Shown: positions 39,108 through 52,462, counted from the stretch's first letter. The stretch is DNA of 64,000 bases from Camelus dromedarius (GCF_036321535.1 NC_087437.1:101248001-101312000), one strand, 5' to 3'. The notes: generated from the letters alone by a model not told the origin. Program-made: numbers and translations.

Positions 39108-40869
39108 TTAAGACTGTTTTACACCAGAATTGATACTGATAATAGATATGGGTGGAGAGAAATCTCCAGAGTGCTCAATTCCATTAATTAAAAAGGGAAA
39201 GATTAAAACATATCTATTACATCTCTGTAAGAAGTACCCTGAACACACACAGTAAAACATCATATAATTTTAAATTTGAGGTCTGAATATTAAAAAAAAA
39301 AAAACCAAAAACTTAACCCTAATCATCTGTCTCTTTTGACAACCTAATAACGCAAGATTTGTTTGTGTTTTTTAAAACATTTCCTTAGGTAGGTTTATCT
39401 TCTATAGCTACTTTCCGAAATAATCTCACAGATAAACCATTTTGATTTTGTACATGAAAATATCAAAGTTACAAGGTGACAGCTGTGCTTACTGATGGCT
39501 ATATTAAGCTTACCAGAAAAATGACTTTTGATGATATAATTTTTTTAGCAGAAATAGATGAAGACTTAGTGTTTCTTGATTTTTCCTTATAATGATCTGT
39601 CCCCAGAGATTCAGTGTTTTAGAACAGTAAAAAATCTGCCGATGAAGTGATTAATATGGGACACTCAGATCCAGAGGGTGAATGGAAGTGTTTAATGTCC
39701 CTGCATCACACTCAGAGGAGAGAGAACCAGACAGATCCGATTATGGAATTTATAATTCAATAACTAGCTTCCCCTTTCTAACCCAGTAATCTCATCAACT
39801 ATGACTCAAAGAAACACACACACAAATATTTCTCCTCCCACTGTACCATCTCTTGTTATAATAAAACAAATATTATCATTAAACATAAGATACTGGCTTA
39901 CAAGATGTACTTAGACAAATTTAAAATTAAATTTTTAATGCTAATATAATTTCTCTTTCAGTGAAACTAATATTCACCATAAAAATGATTTTATTCATGA
40001 TAATTTTGAAGATCTTTTTAGGGAGAAATGCATTACTACTAGAGCAGCTAGTAGGAAAGAATTCTTCCATACAGGCAGATGACACATCCTCTGTCGGTTT
40101 GGTTTCAGGATTACTGGGGAAGCATCTTAACTCCCAAAGCCCTTGTCCCGAGTACCATTAAGATCAATGCAACTCTTTTAGCAGGAGTTAAAGCTTATAT
40201 GAAAAACCAAACAAAACAAAAACCCTTGGAAGGTGAGAAATGTTCAAATGCTTTTCAAATTAAAGTATAAGATAATATTTAAACTTTTTTTTTTCTGTAA
40301 AGTAGGAAAGACTAAGAACTATAGGAAACAGGAGATGTACCTATCACTGTGGACAGATAAACAGAGATAAAAGGGTACAGTAAGGAAAGATAGGGACTTT
40401 GGAAAACAAACTGCTTCTTTGTTATGTTACATTTCCTTACGATTTGCTATGTTAAGTTTTCACCATAGCCCGTCCTTAAATGTTATAGTTTTTGGTTTTT
40501 TTTTAATTTAAGGACACGTATTTAGGCAATTTTTTTCTGGAAAATTAGCAATAAAACTGTAACTAATGAAACTTTTTCAATGTGACTTTTTTACAGACAA
40601 GGGGGAAAATGGAGTTGCAACAAAAAAGGAGAAAGTTACAAAGGCCACGTATGCTAAAGAATGTCGCTGAGAAACACGCTTGTTGGACAAAGTACGTAAG
40701 TGGGGTGGAAGTCGTTTCTGTAGAACTACCCAAGAAGGTAGACCTCTCCTGGAATCCCTATGAGTAATTTTTTTTTTTCTTTTACGTAGTCAAGGAGCCT
40801 TGGGTGAGGTGAAAAGTGGCAGGACATATTCTACCTATTTAAAAATATAATACTGTAGAGTCTTAACAT

Positions 40870-41040
40870 AGCTCTAGACTGGGAGTTGACACTCATATTT
40901 TGGTTCAGACTCCATTTGACTCTATGACGGCTAATAAAATGCCTATTTCCCCTGGGGCAATAATATCTACTTCTACAAATATAATAGAGATTTTGTGAGG
41001 ATGGATATATAAAAATGTTGACCTCTTTGAAAAGTGACTG
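40870..41040 (+). mobile_element. Degenerate MIR-like fragment
   Basis: GGGGCAATAATATCTACTTC...GATTTTGTGAGATGGA resembles the MIR core/3' part. Confidence 0.45.
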
Positions 41041-42829
41041 ATTAAATTCAAGATATCATTATTATTTCCTGTATTTTTTTGGACCTGATTTCCTTGGTTT
41101 AAATTTCCATTTTTGTTGACTCTTTCCAGGTGAGGCTGACTAAACATTCCTCTTCTTTAAATAGTGAGATCTTAAAACTCTCAAATAACCCCAAATTTCT
41201 AAGACTTGTAAAAAGTAGTTCAACTTAGAAACTTCATTCAACTTAGAAATATCACTTATTTGGTAACTGATTCTGTTTCTGGTGTTATTGTCTTAGACCT
41301 GAACCTTGTCTGAAACTAGCAGGCAGATTTTCTAAGAAATTTGAAGCCAGAAACTGATTTACTGGTATTAGAGTTATAGAAAGGATAATATAGCCACTTG
41401 GCCCAAGGTGTGTCTGCGTTACTTTGTTATTTATGAGTTACTGGCACTGCTGGAAAACAAACAGCTGCATCAGTATTTTCCTGGATATTAAAGTCACTTT
41501 TATTGATGCTTCTGAACTTGATGTATCATCTCTTAGGGACACTGCAAACAAAGCCCTTGTAAATATACAATTTATTACCAAGGAACCTGTTTAATGAAAA
41601 TGCCTGCTGCATGTAAGAAAAGCTGCAATTGTCTGTTTGGAAAACATTCAAATTCTATTTCCAATTATGCATTAGTGTGAAGTTTCCTTGGGTTTTGCAA
41701 TTTATCTCTTTCTTTCAAAACCTCAGTCAGATGATTATTGATCTCTCTTCTACAAAGAGACACCTACAAATGTGAATAAGTAGTATATATTTCAAATATT
41801 ATGAATGTGGTGTAGAATTGCATTTAGAACACATGTGCAATCTCTGTAAATTAAAGTAAGATTTATTTATTTTGTAAGTTGGGTGAAATGGATAAAATGT
41901 CATATTTAGGTTATTGATTCGTAGTTAGGAGTTATTTTGATCCTTAGCCTATCAGGAAAAGTTTAGCATGCTTAGTGAAAAAGAAATAACTTATGCCACT
42001 ATTAATCACTCAAAAACTCTTTTCTCCTACAATGTGGACAGCTTAAATTATTACTGGCTGTCACCTCAAATTGGAAGAAAACATTCAGGAGAGTTTAATT
42101 CATTATAAATATTTGCCCACTATTGTTTTTATAATAGAGTTGTTGATGTATATCCCTGAAAAAGAAAATGCCCAATTAAGTCCAATATCCTCTTTCAAAC
42201 AAAAACATAAACCTTTACTCATAAAACAGGTAGTTTCTTTTGAAGTGGTCCAGATCACATGGTGACTAAAATGCTGTGTGTTTTTAAAAAGGAAATTAAT
42301 GTATTATGCTAATTTCATTTTAAGAGGAAAACAAAACAATTCCCTTATGTGAATGTACAATGATATCAACTGTGAGTCAACATCTTCCTCTTTCTTTCCT
42401 GGAGAAGCAAAAAAAAGCAACATCAAAAAATATAAGAAAACAAACAAAAAATGTGGTCAACACAGTTTTTTAGTGAAATTAGGAGACAGATACAATCCAT
42501 GCACTCCAAAATGGATATAAGCCTTTTTATAGTTGAGTTTGCTCACAAGCTGTGTGTGGGGGGAAGTAGACGGGCCAAGCAGCAGAACATCTCAGAAATT
42601 GCCAACAAAAATTTGTTGTCCCGCAGATGAGCATCCTTTCCACATCTTATCTTGATGTGGAAAAGCAAATCACCTGTTCCTTGCCCTGCTCTGGTTGAAT
42701 TAAGAGAAACATGGGAAACGTGGCTATATAACGAATCATCCATATGGTTTCTGAGACAGCAGAAAGGGGAAAGGCCTCCTAGACAACTTTCCACTTCACT
42801 CCCCAGGGAACGTCTTTAAGTCAGGAAAA

Positions 42830-43760
42830 TCCCATGTGTTATGATTTATAATACAAAGGAACTAGAAACCATCGACAGAGAGCTACTTTAATGCAGAAGA
42901 TAAAAAGGGAAATAAAAACATACTAACATGATGAAGATGGACCAAAAATATAGAAATATAGACACAGAGAAAACGAAATCATAATAAAATATTTTACTAG
43001 GGCTTAAATAAAATGAATGAAGCTGTTATCTTAATTAAAACGTTCAGAGAGAGAGAGAGAGAATGAGAGGAAGGGAACGAAATATGTAAGCTACCAGTCC
43101 TTAGGAAAGAAGAGAAAGTAAAGTGATCACACATAAAGACAAAACTGAATGAATTACTAGAAGGAAAAAAAAGATGCTGAGGAGGAAAAGCCAGTAAAAG
43201 GTAAAAGGAATAGACATTGGAAAATTAGATAAAATGGAAATAAAGAGGCTAAAAGAAATGCAGATATGTAAATTAAACTTGTAATAAAGTTGTTAGAAAA
43301 ATAGACTGGAAGAGAGGAAGAGAGAGAGGAAAGAAGTCAGAGCTCCTAGGTTTTAGTCCTGCTTTGTCCTGCACCCGAGGCTATATCACTGATCAACAAT
43401 AAAACCCCAGAAGAAAATAATAAAATAATATTGTATTTTGCTAAAGATACTTGAGAGTATTTAATGGCAGCAAGATAATGGCACTCCAGTGCTCAGAATG
43501 AAATTCAGTCATGACTTTATGGGGAAAAAATCCAGGAATTGGTAGCAGCTATTGGGAAAAACAAAACTAAGCAACTGGAAGTAACTATTCTGGAGATGAT
43601 GCATAAAGATCAATATAAATGTCCCAATATTCATCATTTCAATATATTCATAGGAAGTCAGTATGAAAGAAAAAATGTCACCTACAACATCAAGTATACA
43701 AATTACCATTATGAAGTGTTATAGATATCACAATATATAAGAAGGTAAAATCTTCATAGT
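42830..43760 (+). mobile_element. A-rich, very degenerate HAL1/L1M relics
   Basis: Strong A skew. ATAAAGATCAATATAAA at about 43603 resembles L1 ORF2 and the upstream part resembles HAL1/ORF1. Confidence 0.35.
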
Positions 43761-44149
43761 TGTGAAAATACAAACTGATTGCTTTTTAAAAAATAATTTA
43801 TGTTTAGAAAAATCCTAGTATATAATGCCTTTTCTCCATTTAAAGTGATTATTTGATTCTGTTATTACTAAATTTAAGAAAAATAGAAATCATCAGTATC
43901 CAAGAAGATGACTTTGAGTTACACTGTAGAAATTGGTTTCTATAGAAATTATAATATATATTCTTAAATTTTCAATTTATTTAGAGTGAATATTGTTTCA
44001 TCAAAAGTAAAATGTAAAATCATACAATGATTTATGTCCCTTTGCTACTCACCCCATTTTTTATACTTTAGACTTTGGAAGGATTACATTTAAATACATT
44101 AAAACATCCATAAAATATTCATATAGGTTTTATTTTAAATGATGACATA

Positions 44150-45690
44150 GGTTTTAAAATGTACTTAGAAGAAAAGAAGTCTTTTATATTTACCTGGATA
44201 TTTGTAATTTCTATTGCTTTTCTCCCCTAAAGATCAGTCTATATGATTTTCATTTCCTTCAGTCCAACTAATTGCCCTTATTTTCTTTTGAAATACAATT
44301 TTGTGGGCAGCAAATTCTCTTAGTTTTATTGTATCTAAAACATTATTAATGTTGACTTTGTTCTTAAGAAATATTATCGTTGAATACAGAGCTCTAGGTT
44401 TAGTGTGACTTTCCTTTAGTATTTCAGAGATATTTTCCATGGTCTTCTGGCCTCTATAAATTTAAATCCAGATTTTTAAAAAAATTTAAAGATCTATACT
44501 TTTTGGTAATTTGACTATGAGGAGCAGAGAAGTGATTGCTTTCGTATTTATCCTCCTTGGAGGTTATTACAATGATTAAATTTCAATACATACATCCTTT
44601 TCCATATTTCAGAAAAAGATGACTTTTAAAATATACATTTTTCTTTCCTATTTTTTCTTTCTTCTTTACATCTTGAAGTCCAAGTTAATACATTTGTCTG
44701 TGTGTTTAATAGGATTGCAGAATTTTCTGAAACTGTATTTTTTTCCCCAAATTTTTCACTTTTTTTGATGAGATGGCTTCATTGACCTGTGTTCTAGTTT
44801 TATGCCTCTTTCCCTTGTCATCCCTGTTCTGCTGTTAAGCCTCTCTGTAGGTTATTTGTTTCAGATACCATATTTTTTAGATTCTTTACTTCCATTTGAT
44901 TCTTTTTTATATTGTCTATTTCTCTGATATCTTATCTTTTCATTCATTGTGAGTATATTTTTTTAGTATTGAGCATAGTGATGTTAGCTGTCTCAAAATC
45001 TGTGTTTGCTAATTCTCACAACCTGGTCATTGTTCTTGGTTGATTGTGTTTCCTGACATTTATTATTCATTTGTTGATTAATTCTAAATTTTAGCTTGAA
45101 TACAGAGACCTTGTATTCTGCCATATTCCTCTGAAGAATCTTCCGTTTCTTTCTTTTAACAAGCACTTAGCTTGATTGAGCTCAAACTGCAAACTCACTT
45201 TCTTTAGGAGAAACTTAAATCTCAATTCACTTCTGTAAAAATTTGCAGCTGGGTGAGCTGTCTGCCCTACACATGCCTGGTTCAGTGACAGGTATTTAGA
45301 TAAAGTTTAAATGGAGATTTGGAGACTTTTCAACTAAGAATATCTCCTTTCTGTGAATCCCTGTCTCATTTTCCAGCTGTTGTGCTTGTTCCAGATTTTG
45401 TCCTCCAGCTCTTACACTGGGATAGGGTACATGTTTTCTATCAGAATTTTTGCCTTTTTGCACAGAATTGACTACTACTTTTTCCCCAGGCTTATGGTCA
45501 TAAAAATAGGAATCTTTTCATTTGCTACTCCTTTCCTCCAACTATTGACTGCCTTCCAGATTCTGTCTACATTTGTTCATGATCCAGGTTCTTCAGATAT
45601 ATTCTTTTTAATTATCTATAGTTTATAATTGTTATCTGAAGGAAGTTCAGTTTCTAGTAGGAGGTTACTCAGATCTATGGGGAGCAAAAT
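44150..45690 (-). mobile_element. Old L1 (L1ME/L1M5-like) ORF1 and 5' region
   Basis: Minus ORF 44234-44440 (ISEILKESHTKPRALYSTIIFLKNKVNINNVLDTIKLREF) aligns by eye to the L1 ORF1p C-terminal domain (IFKVLKEKNCQPRILYPAKISFKNEGEIKTFSDKQKLREF). Plus strand is T-rich. Confidence 0.85.
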
Positions 45691-45699
45691 GTCAAAATA

Positions 45700-46170
45700 T
45701 ACAGGTATAAATATGGGAAAACTTAGAAAATTTTATTTCATGATTTTTTTTAAGGAAAGTATATAAGACAATATATGATTGGGAAACTGACAAACTGATC
45801 TTATGAGTGAGAATATTTAGCCACAAAGTGTATCAATCTGTACATAAAGTTGAATGTAAATGTTATATACCTTGACTTTGTAAAAATGATACATTTTGAA
45901 AAGTTGGGTGACGTAGGAGAAAGTGAGGAAGAGAAAGATATGTTTGCCAAATGTCCAATCCCTAAGAGCAAGGTCAAACTGTAACTTTTAAAACCAGCAA
46001 GTAGAGAAGTAGAAACATAAGCATATTTAAAAGTACAAAGTAAACACTAAAAGCCTATTATTAGTAATGAAAATTGTCAATAAAAAAGAAAGAGAAGGGG
46101 CGTGGAAGAGAAAACATGGTACTTTATCATCGTGTATAATGACTGATGCATGTAATATAAATAAATGGTG
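45700..46170 (+). mobile_element. HAL1-like 3' fragment
   Basis: CAAGTAGAGAAGTAGAAACATAAGCATATTTAAAAGTACAAAGTAAACACTAAAAG resembles the HAL1 3' region. Confidence 0.4.
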
Positions 46171-46649
46171 AACTAAGAGGATACACTAACAATGACACAT
46201 ATGTAAATAATATAACTAACTAGTTCTATCTATCATCTATTTATCAATAGAGAGCTGTGTGGTACATTCTTATGTATTAGGCCATAAAGATTTCATTTAT
46301 AATTTACAAAAAAAGTAGAAGTAACATATAAAATATTTTGTCATGACAATGCATACAATTAGAAACTTATAACATGATACAAATCTTGTACAAGTGTCAT
46401 TTCGTGAATGCTATTATATCTTCCAAGTGGGTCCTCAGATATGAAATATTGCCATTAGTAAATGTTACAGATATTTCCAAATAAGTAGATAAAATGAAAT
46501 AGTTACATTCAGTCCTAAAAATTGCACCAATCTGCATTCCCACTAGCAGTGTATTAAAGTTAAATATATTAAAAGAGGCTTTGAATCATCTCTGGCTTAT
46601 GAAAATTTCAAAATGCTTTTTAAGCAATTCTGGCGTTAGGGAGGAGATA

Positions 46650-48540
46650 AGAAATGAGATTCCAGACTACAGCACACATCAAAAAAGTGAATGAATACGT
46701 TACCTAGAGGATGCAGCTTAAACTGTGCTCAGAAGAAATTTATAAAATGTAATTCTACTGATAATCAAGAGTGAGATATAATCAGCCTACTGAAAAAATT
46801 AGAAAAAATAACATAAAAATAATCTGAAAATGAGCAAAAGAGAAAACAATCAAACACCCAAACAAAGGCCCTGGGTTGGAGGAGGCAACAAAGTGCAATC
46901 AGTTTCAAAAACAAAGAAAAGCAAAGAACGAATTGCAATTCATACCACAGATTGCAGATATCAATTATATATGGGAATGGATTAGAAGAACACCAGCTAC
47001 CTAGTAAATATGAGGAAAGTGTTAAACTGACAGGTCACAAAAAGGAAACAAATGGATTTTATATCTATGAAAAAATATCAAGTTCACTCATAATAAGATG
47101 AATAAACATTAAAGTTCTAGGAAGATATTTTCATCTATCGTATCAGCTTTAATTACCAACAGAAAATATCTTAAGTTTGGGGGAATATTTTTAGTTGGTA
47201 AAGTGATTTTTAAGGACACAGATATTTCAAAGATAGAGACATTGATGCAAGATTCCCTATAATTAGTGGTATAGACACATAAAATTTTAAAAAGCTGGTA
47301 TTTCACACAATTTTCAAATATCTTGACAGACATTCATACATTAAAAAGTTATTAATAATTATCTGAACCTGGAACTGTTATCCAGATTATTTTTTTTTTA
47401 CTAAATATTGGGAGTGGGGGATTAGTATTTCTCTGAACATCCCGGTAATACAACTGTTCTGTGAATCAATAGAAGCATGTCTGATTTGTCTTAGCAGCTT
47501 TATCAAAAGCTGCTTACAATTTTGCAATATCACATCAACCATGTCAACTCCACGGGAGGTGTCTGAGTTACCAACACAACGCAGCTCTGTCAAGATTTTC
47601 ATTCTACTTAGTACACACACCTGACTACTTAATTATGACTTCTCCTGTAGGACATCTGTGTATTTACATATTGAAATGCACAATTTCTTTAAAGTTTCTA
47701 TTTCCCCTTATATGAGAATAATAGCATTGTATTGATTTCATTTTTGAAATTATGTAGATATAAAGGTACAGAATGAATTTCACTGCAGCACAGCACAGGA
47801 GAACATTGCAGTTTATTTTTTAATAAAAAAGAAGCATTGGGTCTAATAAGATTGAGAATGATTGATGTATCAAATTGACAAAAAAGTAAATGTTTAATAA
47901 TACACTTACCTTGCAAGGCTCTAGGGAAACAAGAATTTTAATGTATTGTTGGTGAGTGTGGAGATTGGTGCAATTCTTAGGACTAGAAATATCTGTAATA
48001 TTTACTGGTGGAAATATCATGTCATATCTGAGGACCAACTTGAAAGATAAAATAGCATGTATGAAATGATATTTGTTTAAGAGTTTTCATTAGAGCACTG
48101 CTTGTATTAACAAAAGATTGGAAACAACTTGTAATCAGTGATAGGTATTGATTCTGAGTTAATTCACATTCATATAATAAAATCCTGTGTACCTGTCAAA
48201 TACAATGGGGAATGTATTTTTATTCTGACATGGAGAGGTCTCCAAAATGCCTTATTGAATGAAATAAGCAGAATAGTGTGTAGAGTATACATTCTATGGT
48301 GTGGAAAAGGAGGGAAATTAGGAAGAATATATGCTTGTGTTTTATTGCATATTCTTTACAAGAAATCCCTGGAAGAAAACACAAATGCTGAAAACTAGTG
48401 CTCACCTGTGTGTGTTACAGTGGGAGCATTGTTAGAAAAATGAGCTGTTGTACACAGGAACCAGAGGTTGACTATTCACTATGCTTGAATTATAATTATT
48501 TACCTGGTTGGATGTATCCATAGTAAAGTTAAATTAAAAA
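46650..48540 (+). mobile_element. L1ME-type ORF2/3' end fragments, split by a hAT element
   Basis: GGATGCAGCTTAAACTGTGCTCAGAAGAAATTTATA; ATGAAAAAATATCAAGTTCACTCATAATAAGA; resumes about 47865 as ATCAAATTGACAAAAA...AACAAAAGATTGGAAACAAC...CTGACATGGAGAGGTCTCCAAAAT. Confidence 0.75.
47144..47864. mobile_element. hAT-Charlie DNA transposon fragment (Charlie7-like, uncertain)
   Basis: Right end GGGTCTAATAAGATTGAGAATGATTG resembles a Charlie terminal inverted repeat (…GTTGAGAACCACTG). It interrupts otherwise colinear L1 sequence. Confidence 0.5.
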
Positions 48541-50952
48541 TGAGCTAAAATATAATTAAGATCTTTGGTTATATTTATATCTTGAAACTTCTTAATATAA
48601 AGAGTTTCCTTGACTTTCCTGCAGAAAAATTCACATATAGCTATTAATAATAAGAAAATCCATTAGCACAGGAATAACAGATTTTGAGTAAAGAGCTAAA
48701 CAGTTACTTCTTTCCATTGCTAAATTCATACCGTGCAGCGCTAGGTGCCTAATCCCTTTCGTGTTATTAAAGTGTCAAAAAGAGTCACACAAAAACACTG
48801 GAATTACGTAGTAAGTCATTTCCTGGCTAGAGAAGAAATCATGTGAAGGTTGTCTATTTGTGGGTTTGTTTGTTTTTTTTTTAAGGAAACATCACCAACA
48901 CAGAAAAGAAAAAAATTCAAACTTTCTCAGTAGGATGAGGTTTAAAGAAGCCGCCTTAGAAAGGCACTCTTTCTACCATCTACACAGTAGCCAAAAATAT
49001 CCATTCTGCCCCTCAGTGAAATTTTTCTTGCCTGCTTTCAGCAAACACGGAGGAAGCTTTAATAGAGGGTCTTCATATTAGTTTTAGCTGATTGTTTATA
49101 GTGACTCTCCTATAAAGTATATCCCACCTTAAATAATCAATATTCCAGCAGAAATATTATTGGATTTACAGTTAGAAAAATTGGGACACACAGTTAACTT
49201 CTGACCAATATTTTTTTCATAGAGAGTCAGCACTAAAATTTCCAAATAAGAGGGACTTGGAGGATCAATTAGGTTGGGAAAGGAATGGGTGTGTAAGAGA
49301 TAGTTTCAAAGGAGTCATTGCTTAGCAAACACTTGGTTTTTCATTTAGAATGATTAAGAAGAGGCAGATAAAAATTCATGTTGTTCACAAGTAGGCTAGT
49401 TGGATGCATTAATGAAGGGATGCATTAACAATGATTGAAATACCATTGCAAATAAAAGTAATATATAAAACTTGATAACTACTAAACAGCTATTTTTGTC
49501 ACTTTTATGTATACATCTGTATAATCTTAATTTCTTTTACCCCATATAAATGGAAATAATACCCAGTGTGAAATGTAACTTTTGTTTTTCTCCTTTTATT
49601 TTGTTAAGTTAATTTATTTTTTGTTGAATAGAGTATATGTGAGCTCCATCAACAAAATGTGATGAATAACAGAAGATGAAGATAAAAAAATGAAATAAAT
49701 TAGATTTGACTTATCATTCATTTTGACAGATTCAGGTTTCTTATGTATTTCTTCCCCAAAAAAGCTTTGTTAGTTTAGCATGCTTAATTTATGCAGAAAA
49801 ACATGAATCCTTCTTAGATTAGTTTTTTTCATTAATTAGTTTTTCTGTTAACTTTAACTCTGAGTAACCATAATATTAATGCTTTGGAGAACCAAAAAAG
49901 GATTTATAATTTGTTTCAAAACTAATGTATTATTTTTTACAATTATTGTCATGATACTCTATTTAATATTATGAATATGATTCTTATTAAACATCAACTA
50001 TGTAGATGTAATGTATATTATTTATTTAACCTTTAAAGATAAATATAATTTTCCACATTAGATAAATAACAGAAATTGCATAGTGATTATATGATTTGCC
50101 CATATTCTCTGAATGCAAAAGTCGTTCTCATTCTGTTACACTGAGTGTTGCTGGGACATGTGGACCTACTGTGTAAATAATGTCACCCTTTTTCTTTTAT
50201 TATTTTTTCATATGATGTCTTATTTTCTTTTAAGAGATTTTAGCACTATTAGAAGAGCCTCTCAAGTATTTTTTCAGTAATTGTATTTAAAATAACAACT
50301 TTAATAGAACTGTCATACTTTGAATATTTGTCAAATCAATCGGTTACAATCTAAGAGCTTTCTGCTTGTCCCACCCTAATTATTACCATATACCAACTGT
50401 GAAATATATAATCTCATAAACTTAATGAGTAAGACAGGACACAGAATTCTATTTTAGGATCAAATACTCTAATTCAAATTACTCTTAAGCAAGTTTCCTA
50501 AATATTCAATTTGGGGTACATAATTATATTTATTTTACTGGCAATGAAATGACAGCAAGATGACTCATCCCAAACAGAATATCTGAAGAATTTATTGATA
50601 AATAGAAGCATTAGTTCATAAATGTATCTGGAGAGTCAACTTATTGCCAAAAGTACAACCAAAAAGGTAACCAACTTACCCTTTTGCTATTAATTTTCCA
50701 CTGTTTCTCCAAATCATTAGAGTTATATTGATTTAGGTTTCAACCTAATGGAAAAATAACAAAAAGAAAGTTATAATTGTCTAGTTTAAAGTTAACTGGG
50801 TTATTTTTCTACCATAAACATTTGAAACTAAGAAAGCACTATTTAACAATTAACAATTTTAATCACCTCATTGATTTTTATTTCAGATAATTTTTTGGTT
50901 TTGAGATGTCTATTGTATATGAAAAATGCATAAAACTATAGTTAATGTAAAT

Positions 50953-50954
<2 letters not shown>

Positions 50955-51006
<52 letters not shown>
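50955..51006 (+). repeat. (TAA)n microsatellite, about 17 units
   Basis: Perfect trinucleotide run seen directly. Confidence 0.97.
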
Positions 51007-51489
51007 CCTCCACTATATAAAAACACCATATAGCTTAAGAAGCTGGATATTCCCACTACCTCAGAAACTCCTACAGGACACTTCCCAGTCGTATCTGTAT
51101 CTCTCACTCTGAGAATTCAATCCTACTCTAAATTCTGTATTTTTGATAATGTATTTCTTTTGGGCTGATTTTGAACTTGATATTTAAATGCAATCATACT
51201 GTGTGCACTCTTTTGTGATTTGGTTCTTCGCTCAACATCAGTTCTGTGGTATTTCCTCCAGATTGATGTCTATAGTTGTTTTTTATTCATCTTCTCCTGC
51301 TTTTATATCCCATCTACTCTTGACACACATTTAAGGGATTTGGTTTGTTTTCATCCTTTTTCTTTATTTATTTCTCTCTGAGCAAAGCTCCTATCTACAC
51401 AGCCACTAGGTTATATTTGCAAAAGTTTACCTGGGAGTGAAATTGCTGAGATGCAAGTGTTTAACTTTATTAGATGAACTGGACCAAAA

Positions 51490-51905
51490 TACACACCTTC
51501 TCAGATTTATCAGCACCAGAATCTGAGCCTCAGCCACCATCTCCAGCCAAAATCCTCTTTTGTGATCAGTCTGATTATCTGACTCAACCAAATCACAAGA
51601 GCTCTGAGAGGCCTCGTAACACACTGAAGGGCCTCAGATTTAGTGCTGGAGGTGATGAATTTTAACCAGGAAAGACAGGAGACTAGAATAAAATAAGGCA
51701 TTTCTCATTTTTTGTCTCTCCTAATAGACTGTTCTTCAGCACCGTGGCTCCATAAAAACTCTCCAGAAGAATTCACAGGACTAAGGCCAGCAGCTGTGTT
51801 CCCTGGGAGCTGGTGGTACTACTCTACACCTGATCTACAATGTCACACCCTCTCTAAGGTTTCACACAAACTGGCAGGGGTTGACAGGCATTTCTTTCCA
51901 TGACC
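51490..51905 (+). mobile_element. Old ERVL LTR fragment (LTR67B/LTR41-like)
   Basis: GACAGGAGAC...TAGACTGTTCT...GTGGCTCCATA...CAGCTGTGTT resembles recalled LTR67B motifs. Confidence 0.5.
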
Positions 51906-52159
51906 TCCTTAATGCTTTCCATTGTCTGACTTCCAGTACTGCCAGTATCAAGGGTGTAAAATGGCACTTCATTTTGATTTTAGATTGTATTTTTCTGAGT
52001 ATTAAGAGTGTCAAAGGTTTATAGACCATCCCTATCTCTTCTGTTGGATATTAGTTCATGACGTTTGTCTCTTCTCCTCTCTGATTATTTGTCTTTTTCC
52101 TATTCTACTTTTTTGTATGAATTCTTCTTATCTAAATCATGTAGATGTTAATCTGTTCA

Positions 52160-52462
52160 TGTGAGCAGAGCAAGGAGGAAACAGGCCAAATGGTAGGAAT
52201 GGGCAGAAAAAGGAGGAGCATGAGACAAGCTACATGGCAGGAAACCATACATCTTATAAACAACAAGGGTCCTTGGGCAGATAAAGAGAAGCTGGAACCT
52301 CTGGGCTGATAAGAAATCATGAATTTAGGGGTGACAAGTGGCCTGGAGGCAGGCAAAGAAAGATAGGAAAAGGCAGGAATCTCCAGTGTCCAAATGTATC
52401 CTTTGGCTCATATGCTCTCATTACAATAAAATTAGCCTTGCAGGTTGAAGTATCCCTCATGC
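52160..52462 (+). mobile_element. Younger LTR fragment (artiodactyl type)
   Basis: Starts TGTGAG, purine-rich U3-like body, AATAAA at about 52425. Abrupt compositional break from the flanking L1. Confidence 0.6.

Noticed and set aside
41219..41249. Short tandem duplication TTCAACTTAGAAA (similar ones at about 3110 and 26272)
   Set aside because: Ordinary replication slippage; not a regular repeat-spacer array.
44234..44440. ORF with real protein similarity
   Set aside because: Decayed L1 ORF1p C-terminal fragment, not a host gene.
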